A stretch of DNA of 64,000 bases from an uncultured Lachnospiraceae bacterium (GCA_945830165.1 CALZXR010000001.1:315-64314); one strand, 5' to 3'; numbered from the stretch's first letter, positions 27,204-38,099 are shown. Notes: generated by a model from the sequence alone, not told the origin. Numbers and translations are program-made.

Positions 27204-28633
27204 AGCACTTCTCCTTTTCTCTCTATCATTTCACCGATACGGCTGATATACTCTGTAATATCCTTCACATTCTCTATACGGATGAGATTCGTTTCTTTCC
27301 CGTTCTTAAGCCTCACTTTCCCGGGAAGCACCAGCTTAGTCGTCGCCCCCGCGCCGGCAGCCAGGATCGTCTGCTTTTCTTCCATAATCAGTATATTGTA
27401 AATTCCGGCTTTGTCAACCTTTGCATAACCAACATTTTCAAAATTTCCGGCAATATTTTTCTGGCGGTAGAGATAATATGGGGTAAGCCCGAGAAGCTTC
27501 GCCATCCCGGCACTGTCCTCGACCATCCGTGATATTTCCGTGGAAATGCTTTCCGCATGTTCTTCCCTGTTCATCCTCGCCGCACGTTTGATTGCCAGCG
27601 AATGTACCGTCAGGCTGTCCGGCTTCAGTGCACGGATCTGGCGCAGCGTATCCCGCATATCTGCCGCTGTTTCACCGGGCAGCCCTGCTATCAGATCCAT
27701 ATTAATATTATCAAACCCCATTTCCCGCGCCGCATGGAAAGCATCCTTTACCTGCTGCACCGTATGCTTTCTCCCGACGAAATCAAGTGTTTTCTGCTGC
27801 ATGGTCTGAGGATTAATGGAAATCCTCGTCACAGGATATTTTCGGATTACTTCCAGTTTTTCTCTGGTGATGCTGTCCGGCCTCCCTGCTTCCACTGTAT
27901 ATTCTAACAGGAATTTTCTTGAAAAGGTCTGCTCAATCTTTGAGAGAAGCCGGTCAAGTTGTGCAGCGGAAAGGGTAGTCGGCGTGCCGCCGCCGATATA
28001 AATCGTATTCAATTTTTTATCTGCAGCCATTTTCCCGATAGCTTCAATCTCAAGGCATAACGCGTCCAGATAGGCATCCATCTTCCCCGCCCACACATCT
28101 GCCGGAGAAGAGCTGAACGAACAATAAGAGCATATGCTTGGACAGAACGGTATCCCGACATATAAACTGAATCCATCCCTGCAGTCCAGCTTTTTCAGCA
28201 AAGCATGCTCCCGAAGCGCGATTCCGGTTGCAAGATCTGCTTTTTCTTCCGAAACTCCAAATTCATTGATCAAATATTGTATTACTTCATGAGGAGGCAT
28301 TTTTTCCTCCAGCTTCTGCATGGCAAGCTTAGTCGGCCGCACTCCCGTAAGCATCCCCCAAGCCTGAAAATGCCCCGTCATACGTGTGAGATATTGATAT
28401 ACAAGTCCTGTCACCCATTTTTTGCGTTCCTGCCTGCATTCCTCGGCGTCTCCCATCTCAACGACATCTTTCTCTGCAATGGAAAAGCAAGAGTCCTCGT
28501 CCAGCCTAAGGGTTACGAGAGGTTCTTGCTCAGGATCCACTTTTTGCTCAATTTCCGACTTTGGAAAAAAAGCCTTCACAATATGATATAAACTGTACGT
28601 AAACAGTGTTTCTTTACATGTTATCGTTATCAT
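27194..28633 (-). CDS. hemZ: HemZ coproporphyrinogen dehydrogenase-like radical SAM protein
   Basis: LTGVRPTK, CPSICSYC radical SAM motif, EAGRPDS, YYLYRQK. Confidence 0.9.
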   Translation of the reverse strand: MITITCKETLFTYSLYHIVKAFFPKSEIEQKVDPEQEPLVTLRLDEDSCFSIAEKDVVEMGDAEECRQERKKWVTGLVYQYLTRMTGHFQAWGMLTGVRPTKLAMQKLEEKMPPHEVIQYLINEFGVSEEKADLATGIALREHALLKKLDCRDGFSLYVGIPFCPSICSYCSFSSSPADVWAGKMDAYLDALCLEIEAIGKMAADKKLNTIYIGGGTPTTLSAAQLDRLLSKIEQTFSRKFLLEYTVEAGRPDSITREKLEVIRKYPVTRISINPQTMQQKTLDFVGRKHTVQQVKDAFHAAREMGFDNINMDLIAGLPGETAADMRDTLRQIRALKPDSLTVHSLAIKRAARMNREEHAESISTEISRMVEDSAGMAKLLGLTPYYLYRQKNIAGNFENVGYAKVDKAGIYNILIMEEKQTILAAGAGATTKLVLPGKVRLKNGKETNLIRIENVKDITEYISRIGEMIERKGEVLWH

Positions 28634-28679
28634 GTCTCATTCTTCTCCGCACCGGCAGTCCTGCCGGCTGCTGCCGGCA

Positions 28680-29300
28680 TCAGACTTCCTCATTATATAA
28701 TCTTTCGTGTCCTATTGTAGTTGCTTCCATATGACCGGGATAGACAACTGTCTCTTCCGGAAGTGTAAATAATTTTTCTCTGACAGAATGCACCAGTTTC
28801 GCCATACTTCCTGTGGGAAGATCGGTCCGTCCCACACTCTGGCAGAACAGTGTATCCCCGCTGAACAATACCTTCTCTTTTTCAAGATAGTAGCAGCATC
28901 CGCCCTGCGTATGCCCCGGTGTAAAAACAACTCTGACCTTTATCCCGGCAGCGTCAATCTCCTGACCGTCCGCCACATATACCGCATCTTTAAACACATA
29001 CCCGCAGGTAAGACCATCCGTCAGGTTATATACTGCATTTTCCAAAAGTGCCTTTTCCTCCTCATGGGCATAAACCGGTACCGGAAACTCCTTTAAAAAC
29101 CCGTCTATCCCCATAATATGGTCAAAATGCCCGTGGGTCAGGAGAATTGCCTGAAGCTTCAGACCGTTCTCCCTGATATATTCTGTCACTCGTGCATCAT
29201 AATACGGAGCATCAACCATGAAACATTCTTTTGTGTCATTATTCACTGCCAGATAGCAATTTGTCTGCATCATTCCGATAATAAACTGTTTGATCTCCAT
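28680..29300 (-). CDS. MBL-fold metallo-hydrolase
   Basis: THGHFDH, TPGHT, SGDTLF, YPGH. Confidence 0.92.
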   Translation of the reverse strand: MEIKQFIIGMMQTNCYLAVNNDTKECFMVDAPYYDARVTEYIRENGLKLQAILLTHGHFDHIMGIDGFLKEFPVPVYAHEEEKALLENAVYNLTDGLTCGYVFKDAVYVADGQEIDAAGIKVRVVFTPGHTQGGCCYYLEKEKVLFSGDTLFCQSVGRTDLPTGSMAKLVHSVREKLFTLPEETVVYPGHMEATTIGHERLYNEEV

Positions 29301-29306
29301 TACGTG

Positions 29307-31613
29307 TCACCCCACTGTCCTTTCAATATCAAGTATGCCCTGTACCTGGCGCAGTTTTTCAATCACATGATTCAGCTCAGAACGCCCCTTGACAATAAAC
29401 CCGACCTCGATGGTCGCAGTTCCCTTCTTACTTGTCCTGATATTCATAGACTTCACATCAATCTTAGCTTCCGTAAAAATCTTACTGATTTCCATCAAAA
29501 GCCCTACCTGGTCGTACGCGTACATTTTAAGCTCTGCCAGATACTGGCCGTTTCCTTCTTTTTCCACGCTTCTTTCCCACTCAGCGGGAATCAGACGCTG
29601 CCGTTCTTCATCAGAAAGGTGGATCATATTCACGCAGTCGGTGCGATGAATCGACATTCCGCGCCCACGGGTAACGAAACCAACTATATCATCTCCCGGA
29701 ACCGGGTTGCAGCACTTGGAAAAACGCACTGCCATATCATCAATTCCTTTGACTACAATACCGCTGGTGGATCTTGCGATGTGGACCGTCTGCTTCGATG
29801 CTTCGGAAATTTTCTCCAGAATTGCTTCATCTGTCAGCTCTTTTGCATGCTCTTTTTCATATTCTTCCAGCAGGCGGTTCACAACCTGCCCTTCCTTCAG
29901 GCCGCCGTGCCCGATCGCCGCCAGCACGGCATCCCAGTCACGAAAGCCGTATTTGTGCTGTACGATCTGCTGGTACTTTGGTTTTGTAATATCAGATACG
30001 GAAATACCTTTTGCCTTACAGTAGGCATTGATCAGCTCCCGTCCCTTGATTATATTATCTTCTTTATATTGACGTTTAAACCACTGATTAATCTTTGACT
30101 TTGCCTGTGTACTCTTAACAATATTCAGCCAGTCCCTGCTCGGTCCTTTTGAATTCTGGGATGTCAGGATTTCAATACGGTCCCCGTTCTGAATCTTGTA
30201 ATCAATATTAACCAGCTTTCCGTTCACTCTTGCCCCTACCATCTTATTTCCTACGGCACTGTGGATCGCATATGCAAAATCCACCGGCGTGGAACCGTTC
30301 GGCAGGCTCTTCACATCCCCGTTCGGGGTGAAACAGTATACTTCTTCTGCAAATAAATCGAAATCGCCTTTTAACAGACTTAAAAATTCTCTGTTATCGG
30401 ACATGTCCCGCTGCCATTCCAGTATCTGGCGCAGCCAGCTTAACTTTTCTTCCTCACGGGCCTTCACATTTTTCGATGCGCTCGGTCCTTCTTTATATTT
30501 CCAATGAGCGGCAATACCGTATTCCGCTGTCTTATGCATCTCCTCGGTCCTGATCTGGATCTCGAACGGCTGGCCGGAAGGTCCGATCAGTGTGGTATGC
30601 AGAGACTGGTACATATTTGCCTTCGGCATCGCAATATAGTCTTTGAACCTGCCCGGAACAGGTGTATACATCTCATGGATGACTCCGAGTGCCCCATAAC
30701 AGTCTTTCACAGAATCTACAATAATGCGGACGGCAAACAGGTCATACACCTGGTCAAGAGTCTTGTTCTGATTAACCATCTTTTTATAAATACTGAACAA
30801 ATGCTTAACACGTCCGTAAACCTTTGCTTTTATATGGGCGTTTTTCATATGGGTGGACACTTCTTCGACGATCTGCTGGACAAATTCTTCCCTTTTTGTT
30901 TTCCTCTCGTTCAGATCTTTAACGAGCTGATAATACACATCAGGCTGAGAATACTTTAACGAAAGGTCATCCAGCTCGATCTTCAGCTTGGAAATACCGA
31001 GGCGGTGGGCGATCGGTGCATAAATATCCATCGTCTCCCTGGCTTTCTCAAGCTGTTTCTCCGGAGTCATAAATTCCAGCGTACGCATATTGTGCAGGCG
31101 GTCTGCAAGCTTGATGATGACAACCCTGATATCCTTTGCCATTGCAAGAAACATCTTACGGAGATTCTCTGCCTGTACTTCCAGCTTATCCTGTGAGTAA
31201 GGAAGCCTTCCGAGCTTAGTAACACCGTCGACGAGAAGTGCGACCTCGTCTCCGAATTCTCTTGCTACATCCTCTACAGTAGCATCCGTATCCTCAACAG
31301 TATCATGCAGGATACCTGCCACGATCGTCTCTTTATCCATCTCCAGGTCTGCAAGGATGATTCCTACCCACAGTGGATGGATAATATATGGTTCTCCGGA
31401 TTTTCTTCGCTGATCCTTATGCTCCGATGATGCAAGGCGATATGCTTTCTCTATCATTGAAAGATCAGCAGACGGATGATATTTCTTGACTTTCTCGATC
31501 AGCACCTGATACAGCTTATCCGGATCCTGATAATCTTCCGGATTCATCACTGCGTGACCGTCAACAATTTCCAGGTTTTGATTCAGAAGTTCATATTCAC
31601 ATGTTCCAGCCAT
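29307..31613 (-). CDS. rel: Bifunctional (p)ppGpp synthetase/hydrolase Rel
   Basis: HD domain (SGEPYIIHP, LHDTVED), synthetase (YQSLHT, EIQIRT), TGS, CC motif and ACT domain. Confidence 0.97.
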   Translation of the reverse strand: MAGTCEYELLNQNLEIVDGHAVMNPEDYQDPDKLYQVLIEKVKKYHPSADLSMIEKAYRLASSEHKDQRRKSGEPYIIHPLWVGIILADLEMDKETIVAGILHDTVEDTDATVEDVAREFGDEVALLVDGVTKLGRLPYSQDKLEVQAENLRKMFLAMAKDIRVVIIKLADRLHNMRTLEFMTPEKQLEKARETMDIYAPIAHRLGISKLKIELDDLSLKYSQPDVYYQLVKDLNERKTKREEFVQQIVEEVSTHMKNAHIKAKVYGRVKHLFSIYKKMVNQNKTLDQVYDLFAVRIIVDSVKDCYGALGVIHEMYTPVPGRFKDYIAMPKANMYQSLHTTLIGPSGQPFEIQIRTEEMHKTAEYGIAAHWKYKEGPSASKNVKAREEEKLSWLRQILEWQRDMSDNREFLSLLKGDFDLFAEEVYCFTPNGDVKSLPNGSTPVDFAYAIHSAVGNKMVGARVNGKLVNIDYKIQNGDRIEILTSQNSKGPSRDWLNIVKSTQAKSKINQWFKRQYKEDNIIKGRELINAYCKAKGISVSDITKPKYQQIVQHKYGFRDWDAVLAAIGHGGLKEGQVVNRLLEEYEKEHAKELTDEAILEKISEASKQTVHIARSTSGIVVKGIDDMAVRFSKCCNPVPGDDIVGFVTRGRGMSIHRTDCVNMIHLSDEERQRLIPAEWERSVEKEGNGQYLAELKMYAYDQVGLLMEISKIFTEAKIDVKSMNIRTSKKGTATIEVGFIVKGRSELNHVIEKLRQVQGILDIERTVG

Positions 31614-31717
31614 ATCTCATCCCCCTTTTAAAAAACATATGATAAAGTATAACACCATTTTCCGATTTTTCAAAGCATAATTGTCGCGATTTGTAAGTTA
31701 TTATCGCTTTTTTGCCC

Positions 31718-33430
31718 CTACTGGTAATTCAGGACCGTAATCTGCAGGGTACGTCTTCCCTGATATTCATTTACCGAAGGGTAAAATGTAAATGCCATTC
31801 TTTCTTTTTGTTTCATTGTATTCAGGCATGCCTGTACATCGCCAAAATAAACAGCATCCATCCTGTTTCCATTTACATCTTCCGCCTGAAATTTCAGCAC
31901 GTTATGATTCTTCCCGATTATACGTGGCTGAATCACCCGGAGATTTTTTTCCGCAAACAAAGGTTTTGCATTTCCTTTTCCAAAAGGCTCCAGGATGTCC
32001 AGTTCCTGAATCAGATTCTCTGTTATATAAGGAAACGGAAGCTGCATGTCAATGGATACCTTTTCCGTCATATCCTCTTCTGTCAGCGTACACAGCTCAT
32101 TGATGGTTTCACGGAATCTTTCTACGTTTTTCTCTTCAATGGACAGTCCCGCCGCCAGCTTATGTCCGCCAAACCTGGTAAACAACGCGCGGCATTTATT
32201 CATCTCTTCAAACATATTGTAGCTTTCAATGGAACGCCCTGAGCCCTTTACCCCATGTTCTCCTCTGGTGAGTACAAAAACCGGACGGTAATAGCGTTCC
32301 CGGATGCGGCCCGCGATAATTCCCGCGATACTTTCATGGCAGTCCGGTAGGAAAACAACGAACACACGGTCATCTTTTAATGATGTGGTTTCTATCAGCT
32401 CCACAGCCTGTTCCACACCTTTTTCTGTCATCTCCTTCCGGCTGTCATTTAACGCTTTTAAATCTTCCGCCAGCATCACCGCCTCCCGCCTTCCGGAAGC
32501 ATTTAAAAGCTCAAGAGCCCGCTTCGCCGTATCCAGACGACCGCTGGCATTGATACATGGTCCGATGACAAAGCCGATATGATATGCACTGAGATTTTCG
32601 AATGGTATGCCGTTACATTCAATCAATGCCCTCAGTCCCGGATTCTTAGTACGTTTCAGCATATCCAGCCCCTGTTTGACAAAAATCCGGTTTTCTCCTT
32701 TCAAATCCATCACATCACCGACGGTCGCTATTGCCACATTTTCCATCAGGTCATCCACTTCATCCGCATCATGTCCCATCACCTCATAAAGTGCTTCAAC
32801 CAGCTTATATGCCACGGCCGCGCCGCAGAGACCTTTAAACGGATACGGGCATTCCTCCCTGTGGGGGTCTACGACAGCATCCGCAGGAGGCACCAGATAT
32901 TCACGCTCACCCCCCGCTTCCAGAAACGGAACTTCGTGATGATCCGTCACGATAATCGTCATCCCGTTCTGTTTTCCGTATGCGATTTCATCCATCGCCG
33001 CAATGCCGTTATCACAGGTAATGATCGTATCGATTCCGTCCTCTATCGCCCTGTCTATCAGCATCCGGTTCAGTCCGTACCCCTCCCGGATGCGGTCCGG
33101 GATATCCGTGTCAGCTTCCGCCCCGAGCCTTGAAAGACCCTCCTGCAAAATATAAGTGGCATTCACCCCGTCGATATCATAATCACCAATAATACGTATC
33201 GGCATCCGCTCTCTGATTTTTTCCGCCAGGATCTCCACGGCCTTGTCCATGTCCTTCATCAGCATTCCGTCATATAAATCAGCAATTGTCCCATTCAGAT
33301 AAAAATCAATCGCTTTATCACCGATAATATCCCTGTTTCTTAAAAGGCGTGCCGTGATCGGTGAAATATGATATTTTTTTGAGATTGCCTGGAAATCAGC
33401 CTTTTTCATGGAAACATACCATTTCTCCAT
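31718..33430 (-). CDS. recJ: Single-stranded DNA exonuclease RecJ
   Basis: GDYDIDG, TCDNG, TDHH, GGHKLAAG; start MEKWY after GGGAGG. Confidence 0.95.
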   Translation of the reverse strand: MEKWYVSMKKADFQAISKKYHISPITARLLRNRDIIGDKAIDFYLNGTIADLYDGMLMKDMDKAVEILAEKIRERMPIRIIGDYDIDGVNATYILQEGLSRLGAEADTDIPDRIREGYGLNRMLIDRAIEDGIDTIITCDNGIAAMDEIAYGKQNGMTIIVTDHHEVPFLEAGGEREYLVPPADAVVDPHREECPYPFKGLCGAAVAYKLVEALYEVMGHDADEVDDLMENVAIATVGDVMDLKGENRIFVKQGLDMLKRTKNPGLRALIECNGIPFENLSAYHIGFVIGPCINASGRLDTAKRALELLNASGRREAVMLAEDLKALNDSRKEMTEKGVEQAVELIETTSLKDDRVFVVFLPDCHESIAGIIAGRIRERYYRPVFVLTRGEHGVKGSGRSIESYNMFEEMNKCRALFTRFGGHKLAAGLSIEEKNVERFRETINELCTLTEEDMTEKVSIDMQLPFPYITENLIQELDILEPFGKGNAKPLFAEKNLRVIQPRIIGKNHNVLKFQAEDVNGNRMDAVYFGDVQACLNTMKQKERMAFTFYPSVNEYQGRRTLQITVLNYQ

Positions 33431-33582
33431 CTTGTATCCTCCCGAACATGTAATTCTTCTGTATTTGGAAGACAACGATTCGTTCCAAACTGTTATTCTT
33501 ATATTAAGAAAAGGTGACAGCTTCACTGATGTGAAAACAGTCCCCTTTTCTTTCATACTGCAATTATATTTTGATTACTCTT

Positions 33583-35844
33583 TTAAGCTGCTTTTTTCCC
33601 AAACTTCTTTTTCATGACATACCACAGTGCACCTGTGATGCATACAGAAGAATATCCTCCGCATATAATACCTACCATAAGCGGAAGGGCAAATTCCTTG
33701 ATAGAGCTTACTCCGAGCACATACAATACCGCTACCATAACAAAAGTTGTCAGCGAAGTATAAATGCTTCGTGTCAGAGTGTTTGTGATACATCTGTTGA
33801 CCAAAGTGTCCAGGCCTTCGTTTCTGCTCTTTGTCTTAAGCTCTTCACGGATACGGTCGAAGATAACGATCGTCGCGTTGATGGAATAACCGACAATCGT
33901 AAGCATACATGCGATAAATGTATTTCCCACGGAAATCCTGGACACCACATAAAACGCCAGTACAACCAGGACGTCATGGACAAGTGCCACAACCGCACTG
34001 GTCGCAAAACGAACGTCATTAAACCTGAACCAGATATACAGAAGCATGCAGATTGTCGCAACGATCACTGCTACAGCCGCATCCTGTCTCATTTCGGAGC
34101 TTACGGTTGAACTGATGTTTTCTGTCGTGATTTCATCTTCATTGACATCAAAATTCTCAACCATCGCGTTGTTGAAAGCTTCACGTTTGTCAAGGTCAAG
34201 TGTCTGCGTCTTGAAAATAACCTGGTTGGTTCCTTCTACTTTCTGAACCTGGACATTATTGTCCCCCGTCGCATCCTCAATCAGAGGAACGATCTCACTG
34301 TCAATTTCATCAAGAGTATAATTCTCGTTAAATGTTACATTTGTGGATGTACCGCCCTTGAATTCCATACTGTAGTTCAGCGCGCCATTACCCTGTGCGC
34401 CATTCACTCCCATAAACACAAATCCAAGTACGATTACCGCTGCGGAAATGCCAAAGAACACTTTTCTCTTTCCGAGGAAATTAATCGGTGCTCTCTCTTC
34501 TTTCTTAGCTCCAGTATACAGGCTTTCCTTTTTAAGGCCGATTGCATAGAATGCATAGCTGATAAGCCTTGTGATAAATAATGCCGTAAACAGAGAAACA
34601 GCAATACCAAGAATCAATGTCTGTGCAAATCCCTTTACAGAACCGCTTCCTTTCAAAAGCAGCACGATCGCTGCAATAAGGGTCGTAATGTTACCGTCCA
34701 CGATAGCGGATGTTGCTTTCTGGAAACCTGTCCCCAGAGCTGCCTTAACCGACTTTCCGGCATATATTTCTTCCCTCACTCTGGCGAAAATAATAACGTT
34801 GGCATCTACTGCCATACCGATATTGAGGACGATACCTGCAATACCCGGAAGAGTAAGTGTAATATCAAATGCATTCAAAAGAACAATTACAAGTCCGGTA
34901 TAAACAAGAAGTGCCAGGCTTGATGCAAATCCCGGAAGGCGATATACAACGCACATGAAAATGATAATAAGAAGCAGTCCGATTGCTCCGGCCATCAGAC
35001 TTGTGCTGATTGCCTGCTCACCAAGCTGTGCCCCTACCACATTAGAGCGAAGTTCTTCCAGTTCAAGGTTCAGTCCACCGATACGGATCGTGGAAGCAAG
35101 TTTGTCCGCTTCTTCATATGTCATGCTTCCTGAAATCTGAGCTTTACCATCACTGATTACCGCATTAACACTCGGTACGCTTACAAATTCCCCATCATAA
35201 TAAATACCGATTGTTTCTTCGGAAGCATATGCAGCCTCTGTAGCTTCTGCAAACTTGGCTGTACCTTCATCATTCAGCTCCAGGTCAACAACATTCTTCT
35301 TCTGTCCTGTAAGCTGTTCTTCGGTTGTTGCCGCCGAAGCTGTCTTCACATCTGCTCCTGTCAGTACAATGGAGCCATCTGCCTGCAATTCTTCAATCGT
35401 CTTATTCAACTGATATGAGGAACCGCTATAAGAATAGTTTTCGCTTCCGTCACTGCCTGTCTCCTTGATAAAGTACAGAGAGCCCGGCTGTCCGAGTTCT
35501 TCCAGAATCTGGTTCGCATCTGTCACACCCGGTATCTCAATGCTGATACGGTCATCACCTTCCTGATATACAGACGCCTCAGTGCTGTACTGCTCGACAC
35601 GTTTCTGCAGTTTGTAAATTGTATCCGCCATATCTTCTGCGGACGGTGCACCGCCCTTTACCTGATATGTAATGCTGACGCCTCCTTCGAGGTCAAGGCC
35701 CAGATTAATATTCTCGGCAGCGCCCGTTTTGTTTTTCCCCAGTCCCATAAATGCCGTATATCCCAGAAATACAATCAGGGCGGCAACAAGAATCAGGCTG
35801 AGGATACCTCTGCTCTTCTTCATGTTTTTCATTGCTTTTTTCAT
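33583..35844 (-). CDS. secDF: Fused protein translocase subunit SecDF
   Basis: LGLDLEGG, GMAVDANVIIF, EFKGGT, GYSINATIVIFDRIRE; about 12 TM. Confidence 0.95.
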   Translation of the reverse strand: MKKAMKNMKKSRGILSLILVAALIVFLGYTAFMGLGKNKTGAAENINLGLDLEGGVSITYQVKGGAPSAEDMADTIYKLQKRVEQYSTEASVYQEGDDRISIEIPGVTDANQILEELGQPGSLYFIKETGSDGSENYSYSGSSYQLNKTIEELQADGSIVLTGADVKTASAATTEEQLTGQKKNVVDLELNDEGTAKFAEATEAAYASEETIGIYYDGEFVSVPSVNAVISDGKAQISGSMTYEEADKLASTIRIGGLNLELEELRSNVVGAQLGEQAISTSLMAGAIGLLLIIIFMCVVYRLPGFASSLALLVYTGLVIVLLNAFDITLTLPGIAGIVLNIGMAVDANVIIFARVREEIYAGKSVKAALGTGFQKATSAIVDGNITTLIAAIVLLLKGSGSVKGFAQTLILGIAVSLFTALFITRLISYAFYAIGLKKESLYTGAKKEERAPINFLGKRKVFFGISAAVIVLGFVFMGVNGAQGNGALNYSMEFKGGTSTNVTFNENYTLDEIDSEIVPLIEDATGDNNVQVQKVEGTNQVIFKTQTLDLDKREAFNNAMVENFDVNEDEITTENISSTVSSEMRQDAAVAVIVATICMLLYIWFRFNDVRFATSAVVALVHDVLVVLAFYVVSRISVGNTFIACMLTIVGYSINATIVIFDRIREELKTKSRNEGLDTLVNRCITNTLTRSIYTSLTTFVMVAVLYVLGVSSIKEFALPLMVGIICGGYSSVCITGALWYVMKKKFGKKAA

Positions 35845-37256
35845 TTCCTTTCTTCATCTGACAATTCATCTGCCAATGCAGCTTTTATCATAATTGCACA
35901 CTCCACGCGCTTACGTTCCATCTCGCAGCTCACGTCGTATGTATCATGAATTGTGTTGTGGAACTTATAGGAATTCGCCATACAGCCGCCGCTGCAGTAA
36001 AATCTCGCGAAACAGTTCCTGCATTTCTCTTTCGAGTACACACTGCAGGATCTGAATTCATCTGCGATTTCAGGCTTTGTAATCCCCTCATCCACATTTC
36101 CCATAAGAAACTCTTCCTGACCTACGAACTGATGGCAGGGATACAGATCCCCCCACGGCGTTACAGCCAGGTATTCTGTTCCGGAACCACATCCGGATAA
36201 TCGTTTTGCAACACAGGGACCGCCTTCAAGGTCCAGCATGAAATGGAAGAAGGTAAACCCTTTCCCTTCACGCTCCCTGTCCACCATTGTCTTCGCAAGG
36301 ATATCATACTCCCGGAAAATCCGGGGAAGGTCATTTTCTCTGATTGCATAAGGGTCCGTGTCGTCACCGACAACGGGTTCTATCGATATCTGTTCAAATC
36401 CCAAATCCACGAAATGCATCACGTCTTTGGAAAAATCTAGATTATCGCGGGTAAAAGTTCCACGGATGTAATACTTCTGCTGATTCCTGCTCCGGGCAAG
36501 CTTCTGGAACTTCGGGACTATCAGGTCATAACTTCCCTTTCCGTTACGGAACGGCCTCATCCGGTCGTTGACTTCTTTACGCCCGTCAAGGCTTAAAACC
36601 ACGTTATCCATCTCCCGGTTTACAAATTCCTGAACTTCGTCGTTCAGCAGAACTCCATTTGTCGTCAGGGTAAAACGGAAATGTTTGTCATGCAGTTTTT
36701 CCTGTTCTCTTCCGTAAGCGACCAGTTTTTTGACCACTTCCCAGTTCATCAAAGGCTCACCGCCGAAGAAATCCACCTCAAGATTCCTCCTGCTTCCTGA
36801 ATTTTTAATCAGAAAATCGAGGGCCTTCTTTCCGACCTCATACGACATCAGCGCTCTTCTTCCGTGATATTCTCCTTCCTCCGCAAAACAATACCGGCAG
36901 GCAAGATTACAGTCATGTGCGATGTGGAGGCAAAGTGCTTTTACCACGGTTTTCCTTTGCTTCACGACATCAATATAATCCTCATAGACATCTCTGGCGA
37001 ATAATTTCCCGCCTTCTGTCAACTCAATGACTGCCTCCAGAATATCCCTGATATCTTCCTCAGGATATGTATTGCCAAGCTCCTCTGCAAGATATGCAGA
37101 AACGCTCTCTTCCTTAAGTGTCTCAGCCGTGTGAAACGGATTCTGCTTCTCCAGGCAGGCGATTACATCATATGCCGTCTTGTCCACCACATGAACAGAT
37201 CCGCTGTTCACATCAAGGACAATATTGTACCCATTATTCTGGTACTGATGAATCAC
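35841..37256 (-). CDS. scfB: SCIFF radical SAM/SPASM thioether maturase
   Basis: CNLACRYC, GCGSG...PCHQF, CRNCFARFYCSGGCMAN SPASM domain; directly downstream of the six-Cys peptide. Confidence 0.95.
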   Translation of the reverse strand: MIHQYQNNGYNIVLDVNSGSVHVVDKTAYDVIACLEKQNPFHTAETLKEESVSAYLAEELGNTYPEEDIRDILEAVIELTEGGKLFARDVYEDYIDVVKQRKTVVKALCLHIAHDCNLACRYCFAEEGEYHGRRALMSYEVGKKALDFLIKNSGSRRNLEVDFFGGEPLMNWEVVKKLVAYGREQEKLHDKHFRFTLTTNGVLLNDEVQEFVNREMDNVVLSLDGRKEVNDRMRPFRNGKGSYDLIVPKFQKLARSRNQQKYYIRGTFTRDNLDFSKDVMHFVDLGFEQISIEPVVGDDTDPYAIRENDLPRIFREYDILAKTMVDREREGKGFTFFHFMLDLEGGPCVAKRLSGCGSGTEYLAVTPWGDLYPCHQFVGQEEFLMGNVDEGITKPEIADEFRSCSVYSKEKCRNCFARFYCSGGCMANSYKFHNTIHDTYDVSCEMERKRVECAIMIKAALADELSDEERK

Positions 37257-37375
37257 AGCAGTTACCTCTCTTTCTAACTTGTTCTAACAAGGATAAGGCA
37301 GCGGCCAAAGCCGCTGCCCATAAAGCGGATGGCATCTCCGCTGTTGCTGCTTGCTCTTACTTTTCCTGATTTCTC

Positions 37376-37519
37376 TTACTTCTTCTGTTCACAAACCTGA
37401 TTACCAACTGTGCAGGATGTCTTGCATGCTGACTGGCAGGATGTCTGACATTCGCCGCATCCACCCTTCTTAACTGTATTGTTCAGCGTCTGAGTGTTCA
37501 AAGTCTTGATATGTTTCAT
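37376..37519 (-). CDS. scfA: Six-cysteine ranthipeptide SCIFF precursor (47 aa; not in the ORF track)
   Basis: Translated by hand: MKHIKTLNTQTLNNTVKKGGCGECQTSCQSACKTSCTVGNQVCEQKK; RBS AGGAGG. Confidence 0.96.
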   Translation of the reverse strand: MKHIKTLNTQTLNNTVKKGGCGECQTSCQSACKTSCTVGNQVCEQKK

Positions 37520-37603
37520 GATTCGTCCTCCTACTGTTTCGTGCTATAGTGCTTCCACTGCGACCTATTATAACATAACACCTTCCGTTTTAAAAGAACT
37601 TTT

Positions 37604-37990
37604 TTATGAAAACATCCCTCCAAGAGTTCCTCCCCCAGCGCACATCAGAAATGTTGCCAGTACATTTGCTCCGTTTGCCTGTAACGAGTGGTAAATCCCA
37701 AAGGAAATCAGGAGCAGAAGCGCAAAATAAAGGATTCCTACGATCAGCCCCCATATGAACTTTCTCTTTCCTGCCTTTTTACCGATAAAAAAACCTCCCA
37801 GGAATGTTGACAGAACATAAATTACAATAATCCCCGCTGCGACCTTTTTTTCATCAAGGTTCATTTTATACAGCAGCATTGCCAGAAGCATCAGCAGGAA
37901 TGCCGACAAAACAAATGCACACAGAAGAGCCTTGATTATCCATACGATTTTAATCTCAGCTTCCTGTGTGCGTACTGTATGATTTTCCAT
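37604..37990 (-). CDS. TIGR04086-like membrane protein
   Basis: Four TM helices, GGFFIGK..KFIWG, C-terminal GGTLGGMFS; usual neighbour of the SCIFF locus. Confidence 0.8.
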   Translation of the reverse strand: MENHTVRTQEAEIKIVWIIKALLCAFVLSAFLLMLLAMLLYKMNLDEKKVAAGIIVIYVLSTFLGGFFIGKKAGKRKFIWGLIVGILYFALLLLISFGIYHSLQANGANVLATFLMCAGGGTLGGMFS

Positions 37991-38099
37991 AACCGTCCCC
38001 CTGTTCACATTGCATGTCAGCCGTTACTGAGATATTTTATGAACCTCCGGTTGCGATTATGTCTGTTTTACTGCTGCTTCTGTTTTACTGTTGCTGAGT

